64,000 nt of DNA from contig CAZHDW010000013.1 in assembly GCA_964531265.1 (NCBI GenBank), forward strand, positions 1,060 through 65,059, given 5' to 3'. The notes under the pieces were generated by a model, which did not search any database, was not told where the DNA came from, and saw only the letters and a list, made by a program, of their open reading frames with translations. Numbering within the stretch: the first letter of the stretch is position 1; the number at the start of each line of letters is the position of its first letter. Below, one piece after another: positions 31,410-41,071 of the stretch. The DNA comes from an uncultured Ruminococcus sp. GTDB taxonomy: Bacteria > Bacillota > Clostridia > Oscillospirales > Acutalibacteraceae. The position numbers and the translations under genes were made by a program.

Positions 31410-32402
31410 ATGGGATATTCTTTGAATTTGGGAGCGTGGAGCTCTGTTTTTGCCGTGCCGAGCGGACTTGTTGACCGATATTTGAAGTCGGCAAACGGAG
31501 AACAGTTAAAGGTGATACTCTGGCTTCTGCGAAACAGCGGACGGCACTATTCCGCCGAGGATATTGCACAGGCCACCGGGCTATCGACCGGCGAGGCCGA
31601 AGCATCAATACGGTTCTGGGTAGAAAACGGTCTGCTTTCTCAGGCGGACGATCCGCTTTCGACCACCCTGCACCCGGCAGCATCTCAGGAAACCGTGACC
31701 ATCGCGCCTGTAAAAAACGAAGCTACTGCGGTAATTCAACCTACGCGTCGTATGCTGCGTCCTGACGGTATATATATTTCCGATAGGGTGGAATCCTCCA
31801 CTGTCATTCGCAGACTTGTGGAGGAAGCCGAATCCATGCTCGGCAAAACACTTTCCCCCGCCCTTTCCGCTACACTGATACAGGCGCACGAAGACTACGG
31901 TCTGCCGTGCGAGGTAATACTCATGCTTGTGGCATATGCCAACAAGATCGGCCGTGCAAACACCAGCTATATTGATTCCACCGTGCGCAACTGGGCGGAT
32001 TCCAATATTCTCAGCATTGAAGCTGCGGAGGAAAAGATACGCGAGCTTGACGACACGGCGGTAGCCTGGAAGCGCTGCGAAAGCGCCTTCGGCATGACCT
32101 CACGCAGAGCGCCGAGTAAAAACGAGAGTCAGTATGCACATCGTTGGGTCATTGAATGGAATATGCCAAGCGAGCTGCTGAATGAAGCGTATAACCGCTG
32201 CGTGGATAACACCGGCAAGGTGAATATGAAGTATATCAATGCGGTTCTTGAACGCTGGCATAACTCCGGTATACACACACTCAAGGATGCTATAGACGAA
32301 AAGAATGCTGCCGATGCGCGCAAAGAAACTCAGCGCACACCGTCGTATGACCTTGAAGCATACGAAAGATACGATATATTCGGTTCAGACTCAAACCAAT
32401 AA
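31410..32402 (+). CDS. DnaD/DnaB-domain replication protein
   Basis: Two DnaD-like domains (YIDSTVRNWAD; YINAVLERW..GI..L). Confidence 0.87.
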   Translation: MGYSLNLGAWSSVFAVPSGLVDRYLKSANGEQLKVILWLLRNSGRHYSAEDIAQATGLSTGEAEASIRFWVENGLLSQADDPLSTTLHPAASQETVTIAPVKNEATAVIQPTRRMLRPDGIYISDRVESSTVIRRLVEEAESMLGKTLSPALSATLIQAHEDYGLPCEVILMLVAYANKIGRANTSYIDSTVRNWADSNILSIEAAEEKIRELDDTAVAWKRCESAFGMTSRRAPSKNESQYAHRWVIEWNMPSELLNEAYNRCVDNTGKVNMKYINAVLERWHNSGIHTLKDAIDEKNAADARKETQRTPSYDLEAYERYDIFGSDSNQ

Positions 32403-32428
32403 CTTGTGCTTAAAAGGAGCGTAGTTAA

Positions 32429-33421
32429 ATGGGTTACTCCAGACAGGTATATATAGACGCCGAAAACGAGCTTAACAGGCGTCGAACGGAAGCTCAGAAC
32501 AGGGCTCAGCAGCGTCTTGATGATTTTTATGCTGTGTGTCCCGAGGCCGAGCTTGTCCGCAGACAGATAGCCTCCACCGCAAGTCAGGCGGCAAGGGCGG
32601 TTTTGCGCGGCGGCAACGTGCGCACCTCCATGGAAGCGCTGAAGGAAGAGAATCTCAAGCTTCAGAAGGATTTCGCCGAGCTGCTGACCGCCAACGGCTT
32701 TACAAGAGAAGACATAACACCACAGTATAACTGCAAACGCTGTGAGGACACCGGGTATGTTGACGGCCGTATGTGTACCTGCCACAGGGCACTCCTGCGT
32801 CAGATCGCATATGAAAACCTCAACAGCATCTCCCCTCTTACGCTTTCCACCTTTGAGGATTTTTCGCTCGATTATTATTCCGACGAGCATGTTAACGGAG
32901 TGCGCTCCGACCGTGAGCAGATGAGGTATATCTTCGAATATTGCAAGCGCTATGCCGAAAACCTGAAAAAGAACAGCGGAAACCTATTTTTCACAGGCGC
33001 TACCGGCCTCGGAAAAACTCATTTGTCGCTTGCCATAGCCTCCCGAGCCATAGACAAGGGGCTGGGCGTTGTGTACGGCACGGCGCAGAATTTTGCAATT
33101 TCGCTCGAACGCGAGCGTTTTGCTCGCTCTGAGGACAATGTCGGCGATACGTTGGAGCTTCTTAATGAGTGTGATCTGCTCATTATTGATGACCTCGGCA
33201 TGGAAATCTCATCCTCATACATCACATCGATGATCTACAATGTCATTGATACAAGAATCATGCTGAAAAAGCCGACCATAATCAGCTCCAACCTCTCAAT
33301 GCAGGAGCTTGAAAAGCGATATAACGAGCGCTTTGTCTCCAGAGTTCTCGGCTTCTACGACAGAATGCCGTTCCGCGGCAGAGACATACGCGCAAAGAAG
33401 AAGTACGGCTCGCAGGCATAA
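32429..33421 (+). CDS. DnaC/DnaI-like helicase loader ATPase
   Basis: Zn motif CKRCEDTGY..CTC, Walker A GATGLGKT, Walker B LIIDDLG. Confidence 0.9.
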   Translation: MGYSRQVYIDAENELNRRRTEAQNRAQQRLDDFYAVCPEAELVRRQIASTASQAARAVLRGGNVRTSMEALKEENLKLQKDFAELLTANGFTREDITPQYNCKRCEDTGYVDGRMCTCHRALLRQIAYENLNSISPLTLSTFEDFSLDYYSDEHVNGVRSDREQMRYIFEYCKRYAENLKKNSGNLFFTGATGLGKTHLSLAIASRAIDKGLGVVYGTAQNFAISLERERFARSEDNVGDTLELLNECDLLIIDDLGMEISSSYITSMIYNVIDTRIMLKKPTIISSNLSMQELEKRYNERFVSRVLGFYDRMPFRGRDIRAKKKYGSQA

Positions 33422-33439
33422 GCCGAATTGGTATTTACT

Positions 33440-34471
33440 ATGATAAAACGTTTATGTGCAACTGCACTTTCTCTTCTTTTGGTGCTGTGCGGCTGCTCTT
33501 CAAATGCACCCGTGGATAGCTCAGCAGAACCCGAGGCAGAGATATCCGAGATCATTGAGGAGGTCACGCACCGGCCGGAAGAGGAAATCCCAACCTTTAT
33601 ATTCGACCGCGCTGTTCTTCCGGCTGATCTTTACAGCATACTCGCCGAGCACAATGCGGCAGATAGCTGGACGAAATTCACAGATGCGCTTTTCCGCGGA
33701 AAAGCCAAATTTTCCTGCGATAGTGAAGAGATTTCCAATGCTGTAATTGAGGTATTCGAAGCGTCACCGTATTCGGCAACAGCCGAACTGAGCGCTGTCG
33801 AAGGCTCTATCGATATTACATATAACAGAAACTGTAAGCTCGAGGCGCTTGAAGCCGCCGTGACTGAGATCGGCACCGAACTTCAGCTTTCGGAGCTCGA
33901 TACGACAGAGGCGGCACTTGCGATATATCGCCATGTCTCCTCAAAATTTGTTTACAGCGTTATCCCGGCCGAAGAACGTGAAAAAAGCTCGAACAGCGAG
34001 GAGCTTAACGAAACGACAGCCAACTCCCTCTATCGCTTTTTGACTGAGGGCTGTGGCGGAACACGCGAATTCGCCTCCGCACTGCATTATCTCTTTTCCC
34101 TTGCGGATATTCCCTCATACCTGGTCGAGGGCGCATTCGACAATGACTATCATACATGGGTCATCGCCGAGCTCGGCGGCGAATACTATAATTTTGACCC
34201 GACCTTTGAGCATAGCGTCACCGGCGGACTCGGTCTTTCCTACTTTGGCATGAGTGATGAAGCACACGCGGACGCCCTCTGCTCCTCCGAATATTCACTC
34301 GTGTACGTCACAGAGGATAACGCCTCTCCCACATGTCCGGAACGCATTTTCGACGGACTTTTCTATTATGTTACTGCATGGGAGCTTGACACCGAGAGCC
34401 ATGAGCTTTCACTCGAATACGACAACTCAAACGGCTTTTCGACAAAGCTCGATATTCGCACACTATCATAA
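33440..34471 (+). CDS. Lipoprotein with transglutaminase-like domain
   Basis: Lipobox VLCGC; HTWV..ELGGEYYNFDPT; nucleophile position reads GGTREF rather than a Cys. Confidence 0.7.
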   Translation: MIKRLCATALSLLLVLCGCSSNAPVDSSAEPEAEISEIIEEVTHRPEEEIPTFIFDRAVLPADLYSILAEHNAADSWTKFTDALFRGKAKFSCDSEEISNAVIEVFEASPYSATAELSAVEGSIDITYNRNCKLEALEAAVTEIGTELQLSELDTTEAALAIYRHVSSKFVYSVIPAEEREKSSNSEELNETTANSLYRFLTEGCGGTREFASALHYLFSLADIPSYLVEGAFDNDYHTWVIAELGGEYYNFDPTFEHSVTGGLGLSYFGMSDEAHADALCSSEYSLVYVTEDNASPTCPERIFDGLFYYVTAWELDTESHELSLEYDNSNGFSTKLDIRTLS

Positions 34472-34539
34472 AAAAACCAAAGCGACCTGTTCACCGTACT
34501 GCACAGCGAACAGGTCGTTTCTGTTTTACTTAAAGCTTA

Positions 34540-36231
34540 TCAATATTCAGCGGACTCTATTTCCTCAATAACACCGCTCACAGCCTTTTCGACCGCACCA
34601 TTATCAAACGGCACCGGAATGCCGGCGTCACGGAGGAGGTCAAAATAGCTCTTGCTGCCGCCCGCCTTGCACAGAGCAAGATATCGATTCCATGCTGCCT
34701 CGCGATCGGTCTTCATCTCGGAATAGAGGAAGAAGGTGCATATCTGAGCCAGAGCATAGTCGATATAATAGAACGGATACATAAAGATATGCTGCTTCTG
34801 CATCCAGAAGCCACCGTTCTCGAGGAACTCGTTTCCGTCGTAATCACGCCACGGCATGTACTTTTTCTCGATCTCTCTCCATATCTCACGGCGCTTTGCG
34901 GCACCCATCTTCGGGTTCTTATATACCTCATGCTGGAATTCATCCACGCAAACCATGTACGGGATGACTGCAAGTGCGTCGCAGAGATGTGCATAGCGGT
35001 ATTCATCAGCCTTATCTCCGAAGAACTTGTCCATCCACGGATATGTGAAGAACTCCATGGACATGGAATGAATCTCATTTATCTCACTTGTGGAATGGCG
35101 AAGTGTGCCGACCGGAATGATACGGGATGCCAGATAGCCCTGGAAGGCATGTCCTGCCTCATGTGTCAGAACATCGACGTCTGCGGAGGTACCGTTGAAG
35201 TTAGAGAAAATGAACGGTGCCTTGTAGGACGGCATGGATGTGCAGTAGCCACCGAGACGCTTGCCCGGACGTGTCTCAAGGTCGAACAGCTCATACTTTG
35301 TCATAAACTCGAAGAATTCCTTTGTCTCCGGAGAAAGCTCGGAATACATCTCGATAGCTGCATTGACCATGTAATCCTTATTGCCTATCGGATTTGCGTT
35401 TCCGTCCGCAAAGAACAGACTTTCATCATAGTACTTAATCTTCTCTATGCCAAGACGCTTTGCCTGTGCTTCACGCATACGTGCAACAGCCGGAGAAATA
35501 ACCTCTCTGACCTGCTCGCGGAACTTTTCAACATGCTCGGGAGTGTAATCCAGTCTGCCTCTTTTAAGATAAGCCAGGTCTGTGTAGCTCTTAAATCCAA
35601 GCTTTTCAGCCATGGCAACACGAACCTCAATCATTCTGTCATACACATCATCGAGCTTATCGGAAACGCCCTCATACAGCTCAGCCCACTTTTCAAAGGC
35701 TTCTCGGCGTTCCTCACGGTCGGTGCTCTCCATATGCTTAAGCAGACCGTAGAAATTGCAGGTTTCTCCGCGGAACTCGGCAGAGCAGCTTGCGGCGATC
35801 TTGGAATACTCAACCGAAAGCTCGGACTCCTTAACGAGATCCTCAATGATTCTTTCATCCTGAACACGGAGGTGATTCTCTGTCACAGCGATGAAATGCT
35901 TGCCGTATTCATTTTCAAAATCAGCGCGGAACGGGCCATTTACCAATGCCTCATTAAGAGCCTTTTCCACCGGGATGAGCTTAGGTGTGTTCTCATTGAG
36001 ATATGCCATTTCCTTATCATAGAACTCATCCGTTGTGTCCATTGTGTTGCGGACATAGCAAATGGTGGACATTGTATCAAACTCGGATGATATCTCCTCA
36101 AGCTTTTCAAAAGCTTCCTTAGCTTCTGCATATGTTGCAGCGGCCTTAAAAGCCTCTACCAAAGATTCAAGCTGCTTCGCTACCGCCGGGATATCGGGGC
36201 GCGTATAAGTGATCTCGCTGAATTTCTGCAT
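34540..36231 (-). CDS. M3 family oligoendopeptidase
   Basis: THEAGHAFQ and EIHSMSME zinc motifs, HIFMYPFYYIDY. Confidence 0.94.
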   Translation of the reverse strand: MQKFSEITYTRPDIPAVAKQLESLVEAFKAAATYAEAKEAFEKLEEISSEFDTMSTICYVRNTMDTTDEFYDKEMAYLNENTPKLIPVEKALNEALVNGPFRADFENEYGKHFIAVTENHLRVQDERIIEDLVKESELSVEYSKIAASCSAEFRGETCNFYGLLKHMESTDREERREAFEKWAELYEGVSDKLDDVYDRMIEVRVAMAEKLGFKSYTDLAYLKRGRLDYTPEHVEKFREQVREVISPAVARMREAQAKRLGIEKIKYYDESLFFADGNANPIGNKDYMVNAAIEMYSELSPETKEFFEFMTKYELFDLETRPGKRLGGYCTSMPSYKAPFIFSNFNGTSADVDVLTHEAGHAFQGYLASRIIPVGTLRHSTSEINEIHSMSMEFFTYPWMDKFFGDKADEYRYAHLCDALAVIPYMVCVDEFQHEVYKNPKMGAAKRREIWREIEKKYMPWRDYDGNEFLENGGFWMQKQHIFMYPFYYIDYALAQICTFFLYSEMKTDREAAWNRYLALCKAGGSKSYFDLLRDAGIPVPFDNGAVEKAVSGVIEEIESAEY

Positions 36232-36380
36232 AATTTGTAACTCCCTTCCTGTACACCTCTTTTGTGTGTACTACACATAAATCATACCATGCTGAGAAGA
36301 TATTTGCAACACTAAAAGAGCCAAACACCCCGATGCCGCATGATTCGAGCAGCATCGGGGTGTCATTGTATTAAGGAATA

Positions 36381-38009
36381 TTACTGATTTTCAAAGAGTG
36401 CGCGGTCTACGCTCCAGTAGAAATTCTTCTCGCCGATCGTTTCGGCAGCGCCGGCACGGTCAAGAACCTTGCGAACCTTGTCGTTGACACCGCAGATCAA
36501 CAGCTCAACTCCGGCTTCTTTATAGTCCTCTGCGAGCTTTTTGAAGGTAAGCGCAGCATCCGGATCTATAACGGATACTCCGCGGACGGAGAGAATAACA
36601 CGGTCAGCCTTCGGAAGCTTTGCCATGTAGTCGAGTATGCGCTGAGTGTTTGCGAAGAACACCGCACCCGTGATATATACTACACAGGTCTCGCCGTATT
36701 TTGAAAGGTCAACATTGGGCATTCTGGATGCATCAACCTCGGAGTGATCCAAATGTATCTCGAGCACACGGGAAATAAATGCCAGCAGGCTGAATGCAAT
36801 GCCGATAACTATAGCTACAGTAAGGTCAAACACAACGGTAGCAACAAGTGTAATGAGGTACTGTGCTATCTCACTCTTGAAGCCACGCTTGAATATCTGG
36901 CGAATCTCATGCCATTCGTTCATGCGCCATGCTGTCATCATCAAAACGCCTGCAAGCGCTGCCATGGGCAGAGCGGACATGACGTCGCCGAGGATGAACA
37001 TTGAGAGCAGCAGGAAAACCGCATGGAAAACGCCTGTAAGTCTTGTCTTACAGCCGGACTTTATAGCTACGCTTGTACGTGCAATCGCAGCCGTTGCCGG
37101 AACGCCGCCGAAGAACGGTATTATCATATTGCCGATACCCTGACCGACAAGCTCGACATCAGCCTCAAAGCGGCCCTTGGTCATCGCACTGGCTGATGCA
37201 CCGCAGAGAAGGCTTTCGATCATGCCGAGCATAGCAACGGTAAGCGCGGAGCTGAGGTAGCTGGGCATTGTCTGCCAGTTGACCTCTGCAAGATTGAGTC
37301 TCTTCTCAAGGAATATGGTCTTCGGTATCGCACCGACAGTTGCGATATCCGGCACAAGGAATACTGCCACGATAGCAGCAACTATTATTCCGACAAGGGA
37401 TGACGGAACCTTTGCATTCCACTTTTTCGGCCAAACTATCATGATAGCCATGACAAGGAGACCTATCAGGACGGATGCGATATCGGGTGAAAAGCCAAGC
37501 TCACCGTAAGAGAGCAGCTTCTGCACGGCGGACTCACCCTCTGAATGAACGCCGAAGAAATTATCGACCTGTCCGAGTGCTATGATAATAGCAATACCGG
37601 ATGTAAAACCCGTGATGACCGGCTTCGGAATCAGATTTACAAGCTTACCGAGCTTCAAAAGGCCCGCAATAAGCATCATAGCGCCGGCCATAAGGCTAAC
37701 GAGGAATACGCCGGACAGTTCGCCGCCGTCCTTTGCGATTATCGTAATAAGTACAGCGGACATAGCGCCTGTCGGGCCGGATATCTGAAAGGCCGCACCG
37801 GACAGAGCACTGATAACAAGGCCGGAGATAACAGCGGTTATCAGTCCGGCTGCTGCGTCAGCACCACAGCTCACACCGAAAGCCAATGCCAGTGGCAAAG
37901 CCACCGCACATACCGTAAGACCTGCCATCATATCGGACAGCAGGCTCTTAGGCCCATACCCCTTAAATTCCTGTTTAAGGAGCGAAATGTAATTTTTTAT
38001 CATGTTCAT
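36381..38009 (-). CDS. SulP family inorganic anion transporter with STAS domain
   Basis: GLTVCAVALPLALAFG, QISGPTG, ELVGQG, C-terminal STAS. Confidence 0.94.
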   Translation of the reverse strand: MNMIKNYISLLKQEFKGYGPKSLLSDMMAGLTVCAVALPLALAFGVSCGADAAAGLITAVISGLVISALSGAAFQISGPTGAMSAVLITIIAKDGGELSGVFLVSLMAGAMMLIAGLLKLGKLVNLIPKPVITGFTSGIAIIIALGQVDNFFGVHSEGESAVQKLLSYGELGFSPDIASVLIGLLVMAIMIVWPKKWNAKVPSSLVGIIVAAIVAVFLVPDIATVGAIPKTIFLEKRLNLAEVNWQTMPSYLSSALTVAMLGMIESLLCGASASAMTKGRFEADVELVGQGIGNMIIPFFGGVPATAAIARTSVAIKSGCKTRLTGVFHAVFLLLSMFILGDVMSALPMAALAGVLMMTAWRMNEWHEIRQIFKRGFKSEIAQYLITLVATVVFDLTVAIVIGIAFSLLAFISRVLEIHLDHSEVDASRMPNVDLSKYGETCVVYITGAVFFANTQRILDYMAKLPKADRVILSVRGVSVIDPDAALTFKKLAEDYKEAGVELLICGVNDKVRKVLDRAGAAETIGEKNFYWSVDRALFENQ

Positions 38010-38219
38010 TACCCTTTCCTTTTAGCTTAACACACAACGTCAAGCCATCCCTTTACCGCAAATTTCCCCCGCCGATAAAGCGAGGGAAGAACAGATAGAT
38101 TTTACCACGATTAAATTGCATGAACAAGGCAAAAATAGCAAAAAGATTTATGCTTATCCAAAGCTTTTTCTGGTCGATACACCTAAAGCGCCGCTGCACA
38201 GCTCAGCTCTGTGCAAAAG

Positions 38220-39038
38220 CTAAACCGTCCACATGCCCTTTTTCTTTCTCATCATAGCCGGAGTGACACCGAACCTGCCCTTAAATATTTTATTGAAGTG
38301 ACTCAGGCTCAAATAGCCTATATCCGCAGCTATATCCTCTATTGGCTCATTTGTCAGCACTATGTCATCATATGCCGACTTCAGTCTTATTTCGGACAAC
38401 ATATCATGAAGCGAAGCGCCGTAATACTCATGCACAAGCCTCGCAAGATGGCTTCTGCTGTAGCCTGCCAGCTCTGTCAACCTTTCAATGCCTGCACGCA
38501 TATTCTCTCTGGTGTGCATTTTTTGAAGCGCATTTTGCAGCACTGCCGGTATCATTCGGGTGTTGCTGTCTGCAAGCAGGGTCATTACAAGGCAAAACAG
38601 CAGCCTGCAATGGTGCTCTGCCATATTCGGAAACAGCATATTTGCTACGCAGGATGCGGCACCCTCGGAATTGAAGCTAATTTCTCTCTCCGGAAGCACA
38701 ATATTGAGACTTTCGAGCATCCTGATGGCCTCCGAATTCTCTACGGAAAGACATATCAGCCGAGCTTTTTCGGACTGACCGATAAAGCAATGGGCATCAC
38801 CGGGTCTCAGCATCGTTATTGTATTCTCGTTCAAAACGCGTATTTCATTATTAAAGCGCTCAGTAACCGAGCCATACAGAACTATACATATCTCGTAAAA
38901 ATCATGTGTGTGATACACATCCGAAAGCTTTCTGCAGTCTATGTATTGGTATATATATTTTCCTTTTTTCGCATTGGTAACCGAATAAAAATCATATTGC
39001 TCACAATTCACATATATCACCACCGTAAAATATAGCAA
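38220..39038 (-). CDS. AraC family transcriptional regulator
   Basis: Cupin HTHDFYEI and C-terminal double HTH; start uncertain. Confidence 0.9.
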   Translation of the reverse strand: MLYFTVVIYVNCEQYDFYSVTNAKKGKYIYQYIDCRKLSDVYHTHDFYEICIVLYGSVTERFNNEIRVLNENTITMLRPGDAHCFIGQSEKARLICLSVENSEAIRMLESLNIVLPEREISFNSEGAASCVANMLFPNMAEHHCRLLFCLVMTLLADSNTRMIPAVLQNALQKMHTRENMRAGIERLTELAGYSRSHLARLVHEYYGASLHDMLSEIRLKSAYDDIVLTNEPIEDIAADIGYLSLSHFNKIFKGRFGVTPAMMRKKKGMWTV

Positions 39039-39176
39039 TCAACGGCTTTTTTGTCAACAAGATGAGCAGATATCACCTGTTTTGATTTGTCACAGCATTG
39101 AAAATATACACCTTTCCGCTTACAATTAACTGTAAGCTCAATAATAATCCCTACAGCAGGAAACGGAGTTGTTCGC

Positions 39177-40811
39177 ATGATTGGATTTGAACATAAGCTG
39201 CCGGCCATGAATATTCACAGGAATGAAACCGGCGTTTCAAACGGTACATACAATAACCGCGAGTTAGGTTTTCCGTCCATACTCACCACCACGGATCCAA
39301 AGCTCGGATTATTCTTACATGACCTTAGAAGCAATATCTATGCGGATCGTTCACTTGTATTTATCGACGGTAAAATACTGATGTGCGATAAAAACTGGAT
39401 TCGTGACCATGTACATGTTACAAAGGGAATGCGACACTGGGAGTATGACCTCGGCTCCTTTCTCAACTTCATCATAGATACTCAGCGCGAAGACGGACAG
39501 TTCTATGAGCTTATAAAGCAATATGATGATACACACTGGAAAATGGTGGACGAGGACTGCCATGTTATGTACCCGGACGACAACCTCACACTTGTCAGGC
39601 TTGAGCTTGAAGCCGATATAGAATACCTTGTGGTCGAGGGAGCTGTATATCTGTACCGCACAACTGGCGACAATGAGTGGCTTGGACGTGTTCTGCCGAA
39701 GCTTGAAAAAGGCATTGATTATATGACCTCCGACCCAAAGCGTTGGGACGAAGAGCACGGCCTTGTAAAGAGACCCTTTACGATAGACACTTGGGATTTC
39801 ACCTACGGAAAAAGTCCATCAAACCGTCGCATTGAGGAGGACACTCCTATGTCAATAATGCACGGTGATAACTCCGGAGTTTATCTGGCAATGCTCCAGC
39901 TTGCATGGTTCAATCGTCGTCTCGGGAATGAAGAAAAGGCCGCAAGCTGGGAGAAACGTGCCGCCGTGCTTAAGGATAACATGTTCAAGCACCTTTGGAA
40001 CGGTGATTTCTTTATGCATCAGCTCCATCTGAATCATTCCGGCGCGGATGGGCTTGAAGGCCAAAGGCTCTCCCTTTCAAACACCTATGATATAAACCGC
40101 GGTGTAACAAACACCGAGCAGTCAAGGAAAATCATTGAGGAATACATGCGTCGCCGCGAAACCACACAGTATTTTGCCGAGTGGTTCAGTATCGATCCGC
40201 CGTACGAAAGCTTTATTCATCACAAGGCCGGAAATTATGTAAATGGTGCCATATCCCCCTTCACTGCCGGAGAGCTTGCCAAGGCAGCCTTTAATAACGG
40301 CTATGAGGATTACGGATGGGATATTGTGAAGAGATTTATGAAGCTGGTTGAAAGAGACGGTGCACCGTACTTCCTGTACAATACGGATTCAACGCCTCAG
40401 CCCGAGGGTGGCCCGAGCTCATGGGGCGCGGCAGCATTCATCAGCGCTGTGGATGAGGGTCTTGCAGGTATCAACGACATAGGTGTTAATTACGACGAGA
40501 TTTACTTTGCACCGAAATTCCCTGTAACTTACTACACGGAGCTGCGCTATCTCACCGGCTATGAGATTTCCGGCACTCTGGTCGACGTGCGCTATATTCT
40601 GAAAGAAATCGGAATGCGTTATGATATTTATTCCCCTGCAAAAAGCATAACTGCGCACATCATGCTTCCGCATGACAGGGATTGCTCCAAGCTTTCTGTG
40701 AACGGAGTCAACCATGACTTTGCCATTTCTACTGTCGGCAAAACTAAGTATGTTGATTTCTCTCTGCCCGATGTAAACAAAGAAAAGGTCAGCATAGAGA
40801 TCATTTTCTGA
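39177..40811 (+). CDS. Uncharacterised (alpha/alpha)6-barrel glycoside hydrolase/phosphorylase-like protein
   Basis: WIRDH motif, TIDTWDF, YVNG..PF..GELA segments resemble six-hairpin glycosidases; divergent from AraC. Confidence 0.55.
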   Translation: MIGFEHKLPAMNIHRNETGVSNGTYNNRELGFPSILTTTDPKLGLFLHDLRSNIYADRSLVFIDGKILMCDKNWIRDHVHVTKGMRHWEYDLGSFLNFIIDTQREDGQFYELIKQYDDTHWKMVDEDCHVMYPDDNLTLVRLELEADIEYLVVEGAVYLYRTTGDNEWLGRVLPKLEKGIDYMTSDPKRWDEEHGLVKRPFTIDTWDFTYGKSPSNRRIEEDTPMSIMHGDNSGVYLAMLQLAWFNRRLGNEEKAASWEKRAAVLKDNMFKHLWNGDFFMHQLHLNHSGADGLEGQRLSLSNTYDINRGVTNTEQSRKIIEEYMRRRETTQYFAEWFSIDPPYESFIHHKAGNYVNGAISPFTAGELAKAAFNNGYEDYGWDIVKRFMKLVERDGAPYFLYNTDSTPQPEGGPSSWGAAAFISAVDEGLAGINDIGVNYDEIYFAPKFPVTYYTELRYLTGYEISGTLVDVRYILKEIGMRYDIYSPAKSITAHIMLPHDRDCSKLSVNGVNHDFAISTVGKTKYVDFSLPDVNKEKVSIEIIF

Positions 40812-40887
40812 TCTTTACAAGCTGAAAGAATCAAAAAAAGGAAGCGGCGAACCTGCACGGTTCATCGCTTCCTTTGCCTTTCAGCCG

Positions 40888-41055
40888 TTATTCTATTGTT
40901 TTTCTGTACTTATACAGTGAACAGAGCGCAATGATCGCCGGGCAGAGCACCACGCCTATATTCACCTCTTTTATACCGCCGTAGTACGCAGCCGCGCCTA
41001 TAACGGCGACAACGGTTGCGACTATCGTTATTATTCTGTATGTCTTCTTGCTCAT
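40888..41055 (-). CDS. 55-aa two-helix membrane protein
   Basis: GGAGG RBS; MSKKTYRIITIVATVVAVIGAAAYYGGIKEVNIGVVLCPAIIALCSLYKYRKTIE*; not in the ORF track. Confidence 0.7.
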   Translation of the reverse strand: MSKKTYRIITIVATVVAVIGAAAYYGGIKEVNIGVVLCPAIIALCSLYKYRKTIE

Positions 41056-41071
41056 TTAAGCCTCCAAGGCA

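Noticed and set aside
31190-33421. tRNA next to a DnaD/DnaC pair as a possible prophage or ICE replication module
   Set aside because: No integrase, att duplication or phage genes were seen; the tRNA 3' end is followed directly by its terminator; this pair is normal chromosomal machinery in Clostridia.
34789-36090. 433-aa + strand ORF, and similar long antisense ORFs at 4365-5087, 16047-17060, 20224-21327 and 43364-43720
   Set aside because: They lie antisense to well-supported conserved genes and have no RBS or motifs; codon bias in the real genes suppresses antisense stops.
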